Translations under genes and position numbers: made by a program
DNA from: Bdellovibrionota bacterium
GTDB taxonomy: Bacteria; Bdellovibrionota_G; JALEGL01; DATDPG01
Assembly: GCA_963668355.1 (NCBI GenBank)
Contig: OY764265.1
Coordinates: 1,792,001-1,856,000, forward strand
Reading direction: 5' to 3'
Length of the DNA: 64,000 nucleotides
The notes under the pieces: generated by a model
What the model was told of the DNA's origin: nothing
Database searches by the model: none
What the model saw: only the letters and a program-made list of their open reading frames with translations
Part shown: positions 39,060 to 47,998 of the stretch, one piece after another
Layout: each line of letters starts with the position of its first letter
How positions within the stretch are numbered: position 1 is the first letter of the stretch

Positions 39060-39098
39060 TTCCCCAAAATGAACTGTTCATTTTGGGGAGTTATCCAC
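39060..39098. repeat. REP-like palindromic repeat, copy 2
   Basis: Identical to 38349-38387; overlaps the tlyA stop codon. Confidence 0.92.
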
Positions 39099-39831
39099 GG
39101 TTTTTTGCTTTGAGGAAGGCTTCTAAGTTTCCTTTGGGGCCGCGAATGATGCAGTCGACGATGTCTACGTCGTCTAAGCGTAGGTCAATGATGGCGTGAT
39201 TTCTCATCGAATGGAGAATCTCCTCTCGTTTTGTTTCGTCTTTCAGAACCCCTTTGATGAGATCTTTTCTCGTGGCTTCAAATTGGGGTTTGATGAGAGC
39301 CAGCAAGATGCCATTGGGTTTCAGGCAAGGAAGGACGTACGGCAAAACTTTTCGAAGAGAAATGAACGAGACATCGATGACGATGAGGTCAACGAACTTC
39401 TTGAGAAAGTCAGGAGTCAGGTCTTTTACGTGAAAGGATTCGTACCATGTGACCTTGTCGTGATGACGAATTTTTGGATCCAATTGTCCCTTTCCTACGT
39501 CAATGCACGTGACATGCTTGGCCCCTTGTTGAAGAAGGCAATCGGTAAAACCTCCTGTGGAAGCTCCGATGTCCAGACAATTGAGATCTTTGGGAACGAT
39601 TGAAAAGCTCTCAAGGGCTCCGGCTAATTTTTGTCCTCCACGACTGACATAACGCGGTCCTTCATTTTTTAGACGAATGACGGCTTCGGTTGAATAGGAA
39701 TGGCCGGCCTTGTGAGCGGGTTGATCTCCCACGAGAACTTCCCCGGCCAGAATCAAAGCCTGCGCCTTAGCTCTGGTTTCAGCCAGGCCTCGGTCCACAA
39801 GGATTTGATCTAGTCGCTTCTTTTTAGACAT
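39091..39831 (-). CDS. tlyA: TlyA-family rRNA 2'-O-methyltransferase
   Basis: S4 domain (KRLD), YVSRGG.KL, DIGASTGGFTD, DVSFISL and LIKPQFE. Confidence 0.95.
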   Translation of the reverse strand: MSKKKRLDQILVDRGLAETRAKAQALILAGEVLVGDQPAHKAGHSYSTEAVIRLKNEGPRYVSRGGQKLAGALESFSIVPKDLNCLDIGASTGGFTDCLLQQGAKHVTCIDVGKGQLDPKIRHHDKVTWYESFHVKDLTPDFLKKFVDLIVIDVSFISLRKVLPYVLPCLKPNGILLALIKPQFEATRKDLIKGVLKDETKREEILHSMRNHAIIDLRLDDVDIVDCIIRGPKGNLEAFLKAKNRG

Positions 39832-39841
39832 TCATGGTCAA

Positions 39842-40723
39842 CTACGATTTTCGCTCAACGATAAAACGTGCGATGGCTTGAAGGGGTTCGCCTTGATCAC
39901 CAAAAATTTGAACGGCCGAAAGAGCTCGGTCCAAAAGTTCTTGAGCTTTGGCCTTGGCTTGTTCAATGCCCATTAAGGCCGGGTAAGTGGCTTTATTGTT
40001 TTTTTCGTCGCTTCCGGAGTCTTTTCCCAATTCTTCGGTGGTTGCCGTGCGATCCAAAATGTCATCGGCAATTTGAAAGGCCAAGCCAATGGCATGACCG
40101 TATTGATCCAACGCTTTTTCATGCTCGGGCCCACTTCCCGCTGATTTTCCACCGGCTAAAACCGAAGCTCTCAATAGCATTCCGGTCTTGTTTCGATGAA
40201 TGGTTTGCAAGGTTTCTTCGGTGAATTCTTTGCCTTCCGAGGCCAAGTCCAAAACTTGTCCCGCCACCATGCCTTGGCATCCAGCTCCTTCAGCCAGAAT
40301 CGAAACGATTTGAATCTTTTGTTCGGCTGAGATGTTCCAGTTCGGATCCGACAATCGTTGAAAGGCTTCCGTCAGTAGACCATCTCCAGCCAGAATGGCT
40401 AAGGCCTCTCCATACACTTTGTGGTTTGTTGGCTTGCCTCGACGAAGATCGTCATCATCCATGGCGGGTAAATCGTCATGGATTAAGGAATAAGTGTGGA
40501 CCATTTCCAAAGCGCAGGCGGCCGGAAGGGCGTTTTCCATCGTTCCTCCCAAGGCTTGGGCTGCCGCAAAGCAGAGAGCGGGACGGATGCGTTTGCCTCC
40601 GGCATCGAGGCTGTATTGCATGGAGTCAATGAGAACCTGAGCTTCAAAAGGGCGATCAAAATGGGAGGCCAGAGCTTTTTCAACCTGGGATCGGCTTCTC
40701 TCCAAAAAGGATTTGAGATTCAT
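39842..40723 (-). CDS. ispA: Farnesyl diphosphate synthase
   Basis: GGKRIRP, HDDLPAMDDDDLRRG and FQIADD motifs. Confidence 0.94.
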   Translation of the reverse strand: MNLKSFLERSRSQVEKALASHFDRPFEAQVLIDSMQYSLDAGGKRIRPALCFAAAQALGGTMENALPAACALEMVHTYSLIHDDLPAMDDDDLRRGKPTNHKVYGEALAILAGDGLLTEAFQRLSDPNWNISAEQKIQIVSILAEGAGCQGMVAGQVLDLASEGKEFTEETLQTIHRNKTGMLLRASVLAGGKSAGSGPEHEKALDQYGHAIGLAFQIADDILDRTATTEELGKDSGSDEKNNKATYPALMGIEQAKAKAQELLDRALSAVQIFGDQGEPLQAIARFIVERKS

Positions 40724-40944
40724 GGTTTGCTTTCCAGAGATTGTTCGGTTTCCGCAGCCAAGTCCTTCATCAGGTGTTCAACTTTCTGCTCGGCTTCCGA
40801 GAGTTTCTTGGAACACAATTTGGAGAGCTTGATGCCTTTTTCAAAAAGGCCAAGGGAATCCTCCAGAGGAAGGTCTTCTCTTTCCAGTTTGGACACGACT
40901 TCTTCCAGTTCGTTTAAAGCGGTTTCGAATTTTTTCTCGGCCAT
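40720..40944 (-). CDS. xseB: Exodeoxyribonuclease VII small subunit
   Basis: FETALNELEEVV.KLE…LEDSL.LFEKG..L…C…L..AEQKV pattern. Confidence 0.93.
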   Translation of the reverse strand: MAEKKFETALNELEEVVSKLEREDLPLEDSLGLFEKGIKLSKLCSKKLSEAEQKVEHLMKDLAAETEQSLESKP

Positions 40945-40976
40945 GAAATACGTCTTAGTGAAGGTTGGAGATGGCG

Positions 40977-41192
40977 TCAACCCTCAATGAAAAGCTTAGC
41001 CATCCAAAAACTTAAGGCTCCTAGGGCCGAGCCAAATGCCATGAGAATAAATCCATGAGCCACATTTTTCTTTTTCTTGATTTCTGCCCATCCGTAGCCG
41101 ATCAAAACGGTACAAATGCCCAGGAAGAGAAGTTCCAAGACAATCGCAAAGATGATGCCTTTGATTCCCATCTCTGGATGAAGTGCATGCAT
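40977..41192 (-). CDS. Small two-TM hypothetical protein
   Basis: 71 aa; two hydrophobic helices separated by KKKK. Confidence 0.55.
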   Translation of the reverse strand: MHALHPEMGIKGIIFAIVLELLFLGICTVLIGYGWAEIKKKKNVAHGFILMAFGSALGALSFWMAKLFIEG

Positions 41193-41235
41193 GGAAGCAC
41201 TTTAGAATGTTTTTTCCTCAAGAAAAAGGGGTTTC

Positions 41236-42258
41236 TTAGCAGCCAAAACCCAAGAACTCGCTGCAGCTTCCCCATAGGCCTTGGAAGCCAATGGAATGGG
41301 GGGCTTGCTCCGTGAGGTTCCCAATCCGTTTCCAGTTTCGGGAAAACGTTTCCACTGTTGCGCCGTAACGGACAACGCCTGACTCATCATAGTCATAAAA
41401 ACTCACTTGGTTTTCCATCGTAAATTCCAGTCTCTTGTAGATGTCAGGATCGGTGTCGTCTTCCAAGCTGTGAATCAGGATTTCCGAAAATGTACTTTCC
41501 TCGTCTGCCTCTTGTGTGACCATGGCTTGGGGGTTGAAACGAATGCTTCCCGCTTGGCCGATGGTCCATCGTTCAATGGGGATATTGGTCAGAGTGACAT
41601 TTCCCTCCAAGTTTGGAGAGTCTCCCAGCTCGGCGCAAAACTCGATGAGAACGGGCGTCCTAGCCGTACTTCCTGCAAGAGAAACCGTTCCTTTGGTATA
41701 GAAGAAGACATTGTTTTCCACTTGGCAAGCCGTGGCGGTGCGCAATACGGGTGGGGTGTTTAAATTAGCGCCATGCTCGTCTTGAAAGGTCTCTTCACTA
41801 ACATTGGAAAGTTTTCCCAGAACCATCAAGTGGCGTTCGATTTCGATGTCATATCCAGTCACATTTTTTTGTCTCATGGCTGCATAGCTGGCCAACATCT
41901 GATTGGCTAAGGTTTGAGCGATGGCGCTTTTCTGAGCCTGGCACCAAACATCACATTCAGCGTCTTCATTTCCGGGGCACTCGTTGACGTCGTCATATTT
42001 GTCCGAAATGCCGTCGTCATCACAGTCTGGATCGTTAGGTGGGGTCCCGAGGTTTTCTTCGCACTCATCCGTTAAACCATCTCCATCCGAATCGGTTCCG
42101 GTTCCGTTGTAACAGGGGTTGTCGCTTAGGTTGTTTGTGCCTCCCGAGGAGGAACTGCTGGATGAACTTGAATTCTCACTCCATTCGGCTGGGCCTCCGC
42201 AATGAATGACCAAGGCCGAGGATAAGATCAAAAGAAATATATGTATCCAAAACTTCAT
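41236..42258 (-). CDS. Hypothetical lipoprotein with TSP3-like Ca-binding repeats
   Basis: Signal peptide ending LVIH-C-GG, poly-Ser linker, DSDGDGLTD..E and DPDCDDDGISD. Confidence 0.75.
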   Translation of the reverse strand: MKFWIHIFLLILSSALVIHCGGPAEWSENSSSSSSSSSGGTNNLSDNPCYNGTGTDSDGDGLTDECEENLGTPPNDPDCDDDGISDKYDDVNECPGNEDAECDVWCQAQKSAIAQTLANQMLASYAAMRQKNVTGYDIEIERHLMVLGKLSNVSEETFQDEHGANLNTPPVLRTATACQVENNVFFYTKGTVSLAGSTARTPVLIEFCAELGDSPNLEGNVTLTNIPIERWTIGQAGSIRFNPQAMVTQEADEESTFSEILIHSLEDDTDPDIYKRLEFTMENQVSFYDYDESGVVRYGATVETFSRNWKRIGNLTEQAPHSIGFQGLWGSCSEFLGFGC

Positions 42259-42274
42259 TCCTTCTTATAAATAA

Positions 42275-42290
42275 ACAAAGTGTGTGCCAA
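42275..42290 (-). promoter_or_regulatory. Candidate sigma-54 promoter
   Basis: TTGGCAC-ACACT-TTGT, with GT instead of GC at -12. Confidence 0.55.
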
Positions 42291-42411
42291 GAGGGATGTT
42301 TTGGAATATCGTGTAATTCTTAGGAGTTATGGAAATTTTTGTTCTACGTGGCGTGCTGAAAGATGGGCCATTTGAGCCAAAGTTCGCCAGAGATTGCAAA
42401 GAGTTAGGTTG

Positions 42412-43263
42412 ATGGAAGTTCTAATTTTATTGGGAAAAACGATTCTTTTCCGGCCCTATGTGTTCATCTTTTTAGCGGCTTTTTTGTTTTCCGGAACCAT
42501 TGCGATGGGACGCCGAAGAACGTTGGTGTTTCTCTTTGGAACCTGGGTTTTGGCTTTTTTGTCGGAGTATTCTTCCACACGAAATGGTTTTCCTTATGGC
42601 CTGTACCATTACACGGATGTTACGAAGGGAAAGGAGTTGTTCTTATCCAATGTCCCTTTCATGGATTCGCTTTCGTATTCCTTCCTGCTTTTTGCTTCTT
42701 ATTCAATGGCATTGTTCACTTTAGCGCCTCTTCGTGTGAAGAAATGGGACATCCAAGTACTGGACACCTTCAAGCTTCGCCAAAGTTGGCCGGTGCTCTT
42801 GTTGACTGTGCTGTATATGATGATGGTGGATGTCGTGATTGACCCCGTTACGCTACATGGGGATCGTTGGTTTCTTGGAAGAATTTATTATTACGAAGAG
42901 CATGGGCACTTTTTTGGCGTTCCGCTCTCGAATGCTTTTGGATGGGCGGTCGTGGCGTTTGTGGCGCTGCTTTTCTATCAGAAAATGGAGAAATATTTTT
43001 TGGGCCCCGCCTTTCGAGATCGGGGGCTACGTGTTTGGCGCTTCCGAGGATTGTTTGGTGTGGGACTTTATTACGGGGTTTTGGCGTTTATCCTTTCGGT
43101 GGCAGCGTGGATTGGAGAGAAGGGCATTTTGATTGCTGGATGTTTCATTTTCCTTCTGCCTACGGTGATTTTGTTGCTGCGTTTGAGAGATCCCCGCGTT
43201 CGTGCCTCCGAAGAAGAGTGGAAAGCATATTTAAAAGAGTTTCAATTAAATCTTGGCGAATAG
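42412..43263 (+). CDS. CruF/DUF422-like isoprenoid hydratase-family membrane protein
   Basis: SE……GFPYG.Y.Y, D..IDP and FFGVPLSN..GW motifs. Confidence 0.8.
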   Translation: MEVLILLGKTILFRPYVFIFLAAFLFSGTIAMGRRRTLVFLFGTWVLAFLSEYSSTRNGFPYGLYHYTDVTKGKELFLSNVPFMDSLSYSFLLFASYSMALFTLAPLRVKKWDIQVLDTFKLRQSWPVLLLTVLYMMMVDVVIDPVTLHGDRWFLGRIYYYEEHGHFFGVPLSNAFGWAVVAFVALLFYQKMEKYFLGPAFRDRGLRVWRFRGLFGVGLYYGVLAFILSVAAWIGEKGILIAGCFIFLLPTVILLLRLRDPRVRASEEEWKAYLKEFQLNLGE

Positions 43264-43272
43264 GATTGAAGT

Positions 43273-45897
43273 TTGTTTGGAAATGTTGAAAAAAAAGTAT
43301 TGCCCAATGGTTTAACGGTTTTGATGAAACCCGATCATCGCTTGCCTCTGGCTTGTGTATTGACCTGGGCCAAGGTTGGATACTTCAATGAACCAGATGA
43401 TCTCACGGGTGTTTCCCATTTTATTGAACATTTGTTTTTCAAGGGAACGTCGAAACGCCCAGTGGGGCGGATTGCCCAAGAAACAAAAGAACTGGGCGGC
43501 TATCTGAATGCCTCTACTTTTTATGATTACACATTTTATTATACGGTTGTTCCCTCCCAAAACTTGATTGGGGCTTTGGATGTTCAGTCCGATGCGCTGA
43601 TGAATCCTCTTTTTGATTCCGATGAAATGGAAAAAGAAAAGCAGGTCATCATTCAAGAGGTGAAACGAAAGTTTGATAACCCGGATCCTTTTGCTTGGGA
43701 AAAATTGCTGGAGCTTTCTTTTCATCGTCATCGAGTGGGTCGTTGGCGAATGGGAACTGAGAAGCAAATCGAGGAGTATCCGGACGAATCAGTAAAAGAC
43801 TTTTTCGATCGTTATTATTTTCCGGAAAACATTATTTTGGCGGTCACGGGAAATTTCGAACCGGAAAAGATACTCCCCGAGATTGAGAAACGTTACGGAG
43901 AGATGGAATCCGGATTGGCTCAAGGGGAGGACTCCCCTCTTGAACCTGAGCAGAAGGAGCCTCGTTTGGAGCGAATCGTGGGGGATGTCTCTCAGGCCTT
44001 CATCAAGATGGGATTTCATGCGCCGGACCTGCATGACCCCAATCACCACGCGCTCAATTTTTTAAGCATTCTCATGGGGAGAGGGCGCAGCTCTCGATTT
44101 TATCGAAGTTTAAAAGAGGAAAAGAAAATCGCGGAAGGTGTGGGGGCAACCTTTTATGCGGCTCCTGGCGTCGGCTTTTTGACGCTCGAGGCGGAGCTCA
44201 AACCTTCGAAAATTGCCGAATGTGAAGAAGAAATCTGGGCTGAAATGGACCGGCTGTTCCGGGATCCTCCTTCGGAAGAAGAAATGTCGAAAGTTCGGAA
44301 CATCATGGAAATGAATTTTTTCCAAGAACGAGAAGACATCATGGGGCAGGCGTATGGCTTGGCCTTTTTTGAAGCTCTTGGAGGGTATGAACAAGCCCAG
44401 GAATACCTTGAAAAAATGCGATCGGTCTCCGTTGAAGATTTGTTACGGGTGACCGAAGAAGTGGTCCAATTCCCTCGTATGAATCTTTTGGAATATGTTC
44501 CTGAATCCTTTGGCCAAGGAGCCCCCTATGACCAGCGGCTGGCCAGTCTGGAAAAGCGCGTCCAAACTCGAAGGAAAAAGAGTGATCCAAAAGCCGAAAT
44601 TCCAGTTTCAGAGCCTGTGGCGCCCTTGGTGTTTTCCAGAGAAGGGGAGCATAACGACATCCAAGACCTCGAAATGATTCCTTTGGAAGGCGGCGTAAAC
44701 CTTCTTTACTTGAAGTCGAAGGCTTTCCCCGTGGTGAATGTCTCGGTGGGTTTTCCCGGAGGAAGGTCGGATGAAACCGACGAAAATTGTGGATTAACTC
44801 AGTTTTTATTGCGAACAGCTTTGAAGGGAACGGAACATCGAACCGCCGACGAGGTGGCTTTTGAAGTGGAAGAGCTGGGTCACCCTCTTCATGTGGAAGC
44901 CTCTGCGGACCATTTCACGTTTTCCTTGAATATGTTGTCTCGGAATCTTCAAAAGGGTGTGGGGTTGCTCTTAGATGTGATTTTGCAACCCACGTTTCCC
45001 GAGAATGAAATTGAAGTTGAGAGAGAGGCGGTCAAAAATCATTTAAATCGCCTCCAAGACAATATGTTTACCTACCCCATTGAGCTGTTTTATCGCTCGC
45101 TATACGGGATGCATCCCTACGGGCTTCCCCGAAATGGGACGTTTGATTCTCTGGAAAATTTTTCTCACGACCAACTTCTGGATTGGTATCGCAGCGTGTT
45201 TCGTTGGAAGAAAATGGTCGTTTCCGTTGTGGGAGATGCAGATCGTCAACAAGCCATTGATTTGATTTCAGAAAGGTTTTCGGTCTCAAGAGACGGAGAA
45301 GAAGAGTCCAGAGCAGAAATTTTGCCGGTAATTCCCCCCCGTGGATTACAAGAAGTGATTGAAGATCGGAATCGAAAACAAACGGCTTTGGCCTTTGGTT
45401 TGAGTGGGGTGAGTCTTCGAGATGAGCGATATTATGACCTAGAGGTCTTGAAGAACATTCTCTCGGGAATGGGAGGCCGACTCTATATGGAAGTCCGTGA
45501 GAAGCGGGCTCTGGCGTATACGGTTACTGCTTTCAATATTGGGCTTCTTCGTGGTGGGGCCTTCTTTTCTTATGTGGCGGCAAATCCTGAAAAAGAGGCA
45601 GAGGTTCGAAAGGTTCTTTTGGATGAGTTCTTTAAGGCCAGTACCCGTCGGCCCACCGAAGAGGAAGTTCGGGTGGCAAAGAGTTATTCCCTGGGTAGTC
45701 ACGACATTTCGCTACAAGGAAACCAAGCTCTGGCAAATGCGGCTTTTCTTCACCATTTTTCTGGAAGAGGAATGGAGACGTTGAAAGTATATCGTGAACA
45801 GATAGAATCGGTTACGGCCGAGTCGGTCCGATCCGTTGCTCATCAAATCATGGATGTTGAGAGTGCCGCGGTTGGAATCGTCAGAGGGAGAGTGTAA
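43273..45897 (+). CDS. M16-family zinc peptidase (fused two-half)
   Basis: HFIEH (HxxEH), GG.LNAST and SSR; the second half is degenerate. Confidence 0.93.
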   Translation: MFGNVEKKVLPNGLTVLMKPDHRLPLACVLTWAKVGYFNEPDDLTGVSHFIEHLFFKGTSKRPVGRIAQETKELGGYLNASTFYDYTFYYTVVPSQNLIGALDVQSDALMNPLFDSDEMEKEKQVIIQEVKRKFDNPDPFAWEKLLELSFHRHRVGRWRMGTEKQIEEYPDESVKDFFDRYYFPENIILAVTGNFEPEKILPEIEKRYGEMESGLAQGEDSPLEPEQKEPRLERIVGDVSQAFIKMGFHAPDLHDPNHHALNFLSILMGRGRSSRFYRSLKEEKKIAEGVGATFYAAPGVGFLTLEAELKPSKIAECEEEIWAEMDRLFRDPPSEEEMSKVRNIMEMNFFQEREDIMGQAYGLAFFEALGGYEQAQEYLEKMRSVSVEDLLRVTEEVVQFPRMNLLEYVPESFGQGAPYDQRLASLEKRVQTRRKKSDPKAEIPVSEPVAPLVFSREGEHNDIQDLEMIPLEGGVNLLYLKSKAFPVVNVSVGFPGGRSDETDENCGLTQFLLRTALKGTEHRTADEVAFEVEELGHPLHVEASADHFTFSLNMLSRNLQKGVGLLLDVILQPTFPENEIEVEREAVKNHLNRLQDNMFTYPIELFYRSLYGMHPYGLPRNGTFDSLENFSHDQLLDWYRSVFRWKKMVVSVVGDADRQQAIDLISERFSVSRDGEEESRAEILPVIPPRGLQEVIEDRNRKQTALAFGLSGVSLRDERYYDLEVLKNILSGMGGRLYMEVREKRALAYTVTAFNIGLLRGGAFFSYVAANPEKEAEVRKVLLDEFFKASTRRPTEEEVRVAKSYSLGSHDISLQGNQALANAAFLHHFSGRGMETLKVYREQIESVTAESVRSVAHQIMDVESAAVGIVRGRV

Positions 45898-46277
45898 TGA
45901 GCTGGGAAATTTTTCAAGATCCTTCAAAATGTTTCTCCGTTGTTCTCTTTGTTCAAGAAAGCGATTTTTCCTCTCGTCAGAAAGAAATTGAGCGACTTGG
46001 GAATCAACGAAATGTGCGATTGGTTGTTCAGCCCTGCCCGTATGAGGGAATCGAGTTTTTGTCTCGAATTGGACACCAATTGATTGGCCATGAAGTGAGT
46101 TCGGACAAGGAATTATATTGGTTAGCCATTGAATTGAGAGCGGATGTTCCAGATTCGACCTTTGAGGAAATTTCCAATCAACACATTGAATACTTAACGG
46201 CCATTTTGGAGCAAAAGGCTGAAAAAGTGGAACAAAAGGGGAAATTGTTACGAAGCTATATCGAACAATATTCGTAA
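45897..46277 (+). CDS. Hypothetical protein
   Basis: TAATG coupling to the M16 gene; no recognised motif. Confidence 0.6.
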   Translation: MSWEIFQDPSKCFSVVLFVQESDFSSRQKEIERLGNQRNVRLVVQPCPYEGIEFLSRIGHQLIGHEVSSDKELYWLAIELRADVPDSTFEEISNQHIEYLTAILEQKAEKVEQKGKLLRSYIEQYS

Positions 46278-46279
46278 GC

Positions 46280-47863
46280 TTGACGATTTGCGGAGCGTTT
46301 TTTTTCGACGCTGCGTTGGAGTCCAAGCCCGCGTCTTCTCCTGAGTCCGTATTTCGAATGGCGGTCGTGGGTCCCATTCGGACGTTGGATCCAGCTCTGT
46401 CTCGCTCCCTTGCCGAGCACATCCTGCTTACCAACCTGGGTGAACCTCTCATGGTTATGGACACAAAAACGGGGCTTCCGATTGAAGGGTCTGCTCGGTC
46501 CGCGAAGGTGTCCAAAGACGGCAAGAAAGTCACCGTAAAGCTTCGAAAAGATTTGTTCTGGTCCAATGGTGAGCGATTGAAGGCGGAGGATTTCAATTTC
46601 TCATTACGTCGGTTGCTGGACCCAACGATTCAGTCTTGGTTTTTCCCCATGTTTAAGAATCTTCGAGGTGCCCAGGCGTTTCACGATGGAGCTCCAATTG
46701 AACCGAGCCAAATTGGGATTGAAGTAAAGGCAGAGGACACGCTGGTTTTTCATTTGGAAAAACCCGATCCTTTCTTTTTGTTGACCTTGGCTCATCCAGT
46801 CACGATGCCTGTGCATCGAAAGACACTGGACCGATTCAAAAAGTCTTGGTTTTCTCCCAAACACTGGGTCGGGAATGGCCCTTTTCTGCCGGTGGCCAAA
46901 AACGCTTATTTTTATCGCTTGCGAAAAAACCCCCATCATCGATTCAGTCCGGGAATGGCTTTGGACGAAGTTCAAATTTCCCTTAGCCCGACTCGATCCG
47001 AAGCCGTGGATCTATTTGTGCAAGGAAAGGTGGATCAGTTTGGATATCGTGATCACGGCGTCCCCTTGCCAAAGACTCATGAGTTTGTGGGAAAAGGAAG
47101 TCTGCGTTATGAGCCGGACTTACGAACGTTTTTCTTGCGTTTGAATTCTGCCAAAGCTCCCTTGAGCCAACGCAAGATACGAGAAGCCTTGGCCATGTCA
47201 TTGGATCGTGGCCTGCTGGTTCCAACCTCGGATCAATCCCGGAGACCCCTTACCCTTTCCCTCGTTCCGGATAAGCTCCTCGGGTATGAAGCCCCTCACG
47301 GATACTTATATAACACCCCAGGGGCATTGGGGATCTTGTCCGATCTCGGATATTGCACGCGGGATCGTTCTCCGGCCGGATGTAAGCATCTTCCTCCCCT
47401 GGAAATAATTCATCGAGATCACTCTTCCATGAGGAAACAGGCTTTGAAATTACAGGGGATTTGGAAACGGGCTTTGGGGTTGCAGGGCATGCGCATTCTT
47501 TCCTACAACGATGAAGCCTTTGAAAAAGCCATCTCCACGGGGAAGTACATGATGGCCTTGGATGATTTGGCGGTGGATTCCGAACGTCCTTTTGATTTTT
47601 TGAAGATGTTTCATTCAAAGCAAAGTCTATCTGGGGGAGTCAGTCTTCCTGAGTACGATCATCTCTTGGAGTTTGCCCAAAACACCCCGGCCTGGCCAGA
47701 AGCCAGAAAGCATTTTCGCGCGGCGGAAGCGAGGCTTTTGAGGGAGGCACTCGTGATTCCCCTGTATCACGGTACAACTCCCGTGTTGGTGTCTCCTCGG
47801 GTGAGGGGCTTTGTTCCCAACCTGATGGGGGTATATCCCTTTTCTGAGATTTCCTTGCGATAA
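46280..47863 (+). CDS. ABC transporter peptide-binding protein (OppA-like)
   Basis: TLDP, LR….WSNG, GNGPF, IREAL…LDR and VIPLY motifs. Start codon uncertain. Confidence 0.88.
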   Translation: MTICGAFFFDAALESKPASSPESVFRMAVVGPIRTLDPALSRSLAEHILLTNLGEPLMVMDTKTGLPIEGSARSAKVSKDGKKVTVKLRKDLFWSNGERLKAEDFNFSLRRLLDPTIQSWFFPMFKNLRGAQAFHDGAPIEPSQIGIEVKAEDTLVFHLEKPDPFFLLTLAHPVTMPVHRKTLDRFKKSWFSPKHWVGNGPFLPVAKNAYFYRLRKNPHHRFSPGMALDEVQISLSPTRSEAVDLFVQGKVDQFGYRDHGVPLPKTHEFVGKGSLRYEPDLRTFFLRLNSAKAPLSQRKIREALAMSLDRGLLVPTSDQSRRPLTLSLVPDKLLGYEAPHGYLYNTPGALGILSDLGYCTRDRSPAGCKHLPPLEIIHRDHSSMRKQALKLQGIWKRALGLQGMRILSYNDEAFEKAISTGKYMMALDDLAVDSERPFDFLKMFHSKQSLSGGVSLPEYDHLLEFAQNTPAWPEARKHFRAAEARLLREALVIPLYHGTTPVLVSPRVRGFVPNLMGVYPFSEISLR

Positions 47864-47865
47864 TG

Positions 47866-47912
47866 GTGGAGAAAATCCACTGGTGTCATGTTTCCCAGTG
47901 TCAAAACGCCAC
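47866..47912. promoter_or_regulatory. Candidate upstream activator (enhancer) sites
   Basis: GTGGA-GAAAA-TCCAC (47866-80) and GTGTC-AAAAC-GCCAC (47898-912): two GTG-N9-CAC dyads 32 bp apart. Confidence 0.45.
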
Positions 47913-47971
47913 TTTACGCTCGGATGACGTTTGTAAGGCACGAATATTTAAAGAAAAAATATTTTTCGGTT

Positions 47972-47987
47972 TTGGCACAAACCCTGC
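47972..47987 (+). promoter_or_regulatory. Candidate sigma-54 promoter with no downstream protein gene
   Basis: TTGGCAC-AAACC-CTGC followed by T (GG-N10-GC), with an AT-rich tract upstream. Confidence 0.65.
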
Positions 47988-47998
47988 TTTTTCATAGT

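Larger units (their letters stand above)
38349..39098 (-). mobile_element. RAYT locus bounded by two identical REP-like repeats
   Basis: Y1 transposase gene between 39-bp direct repeats spaced 711 bp apart. Confidence 0.75.

Noticed and set aside
38349..39098. Repeat pair as a CRISPR array
   Set aside because: Only two copies, separated by a whole gene; no cas genes.
45712..46596. 294-aa minus-strand ORF
   Set aside because: Antisense to three + strand genes, with no recognisable domain.
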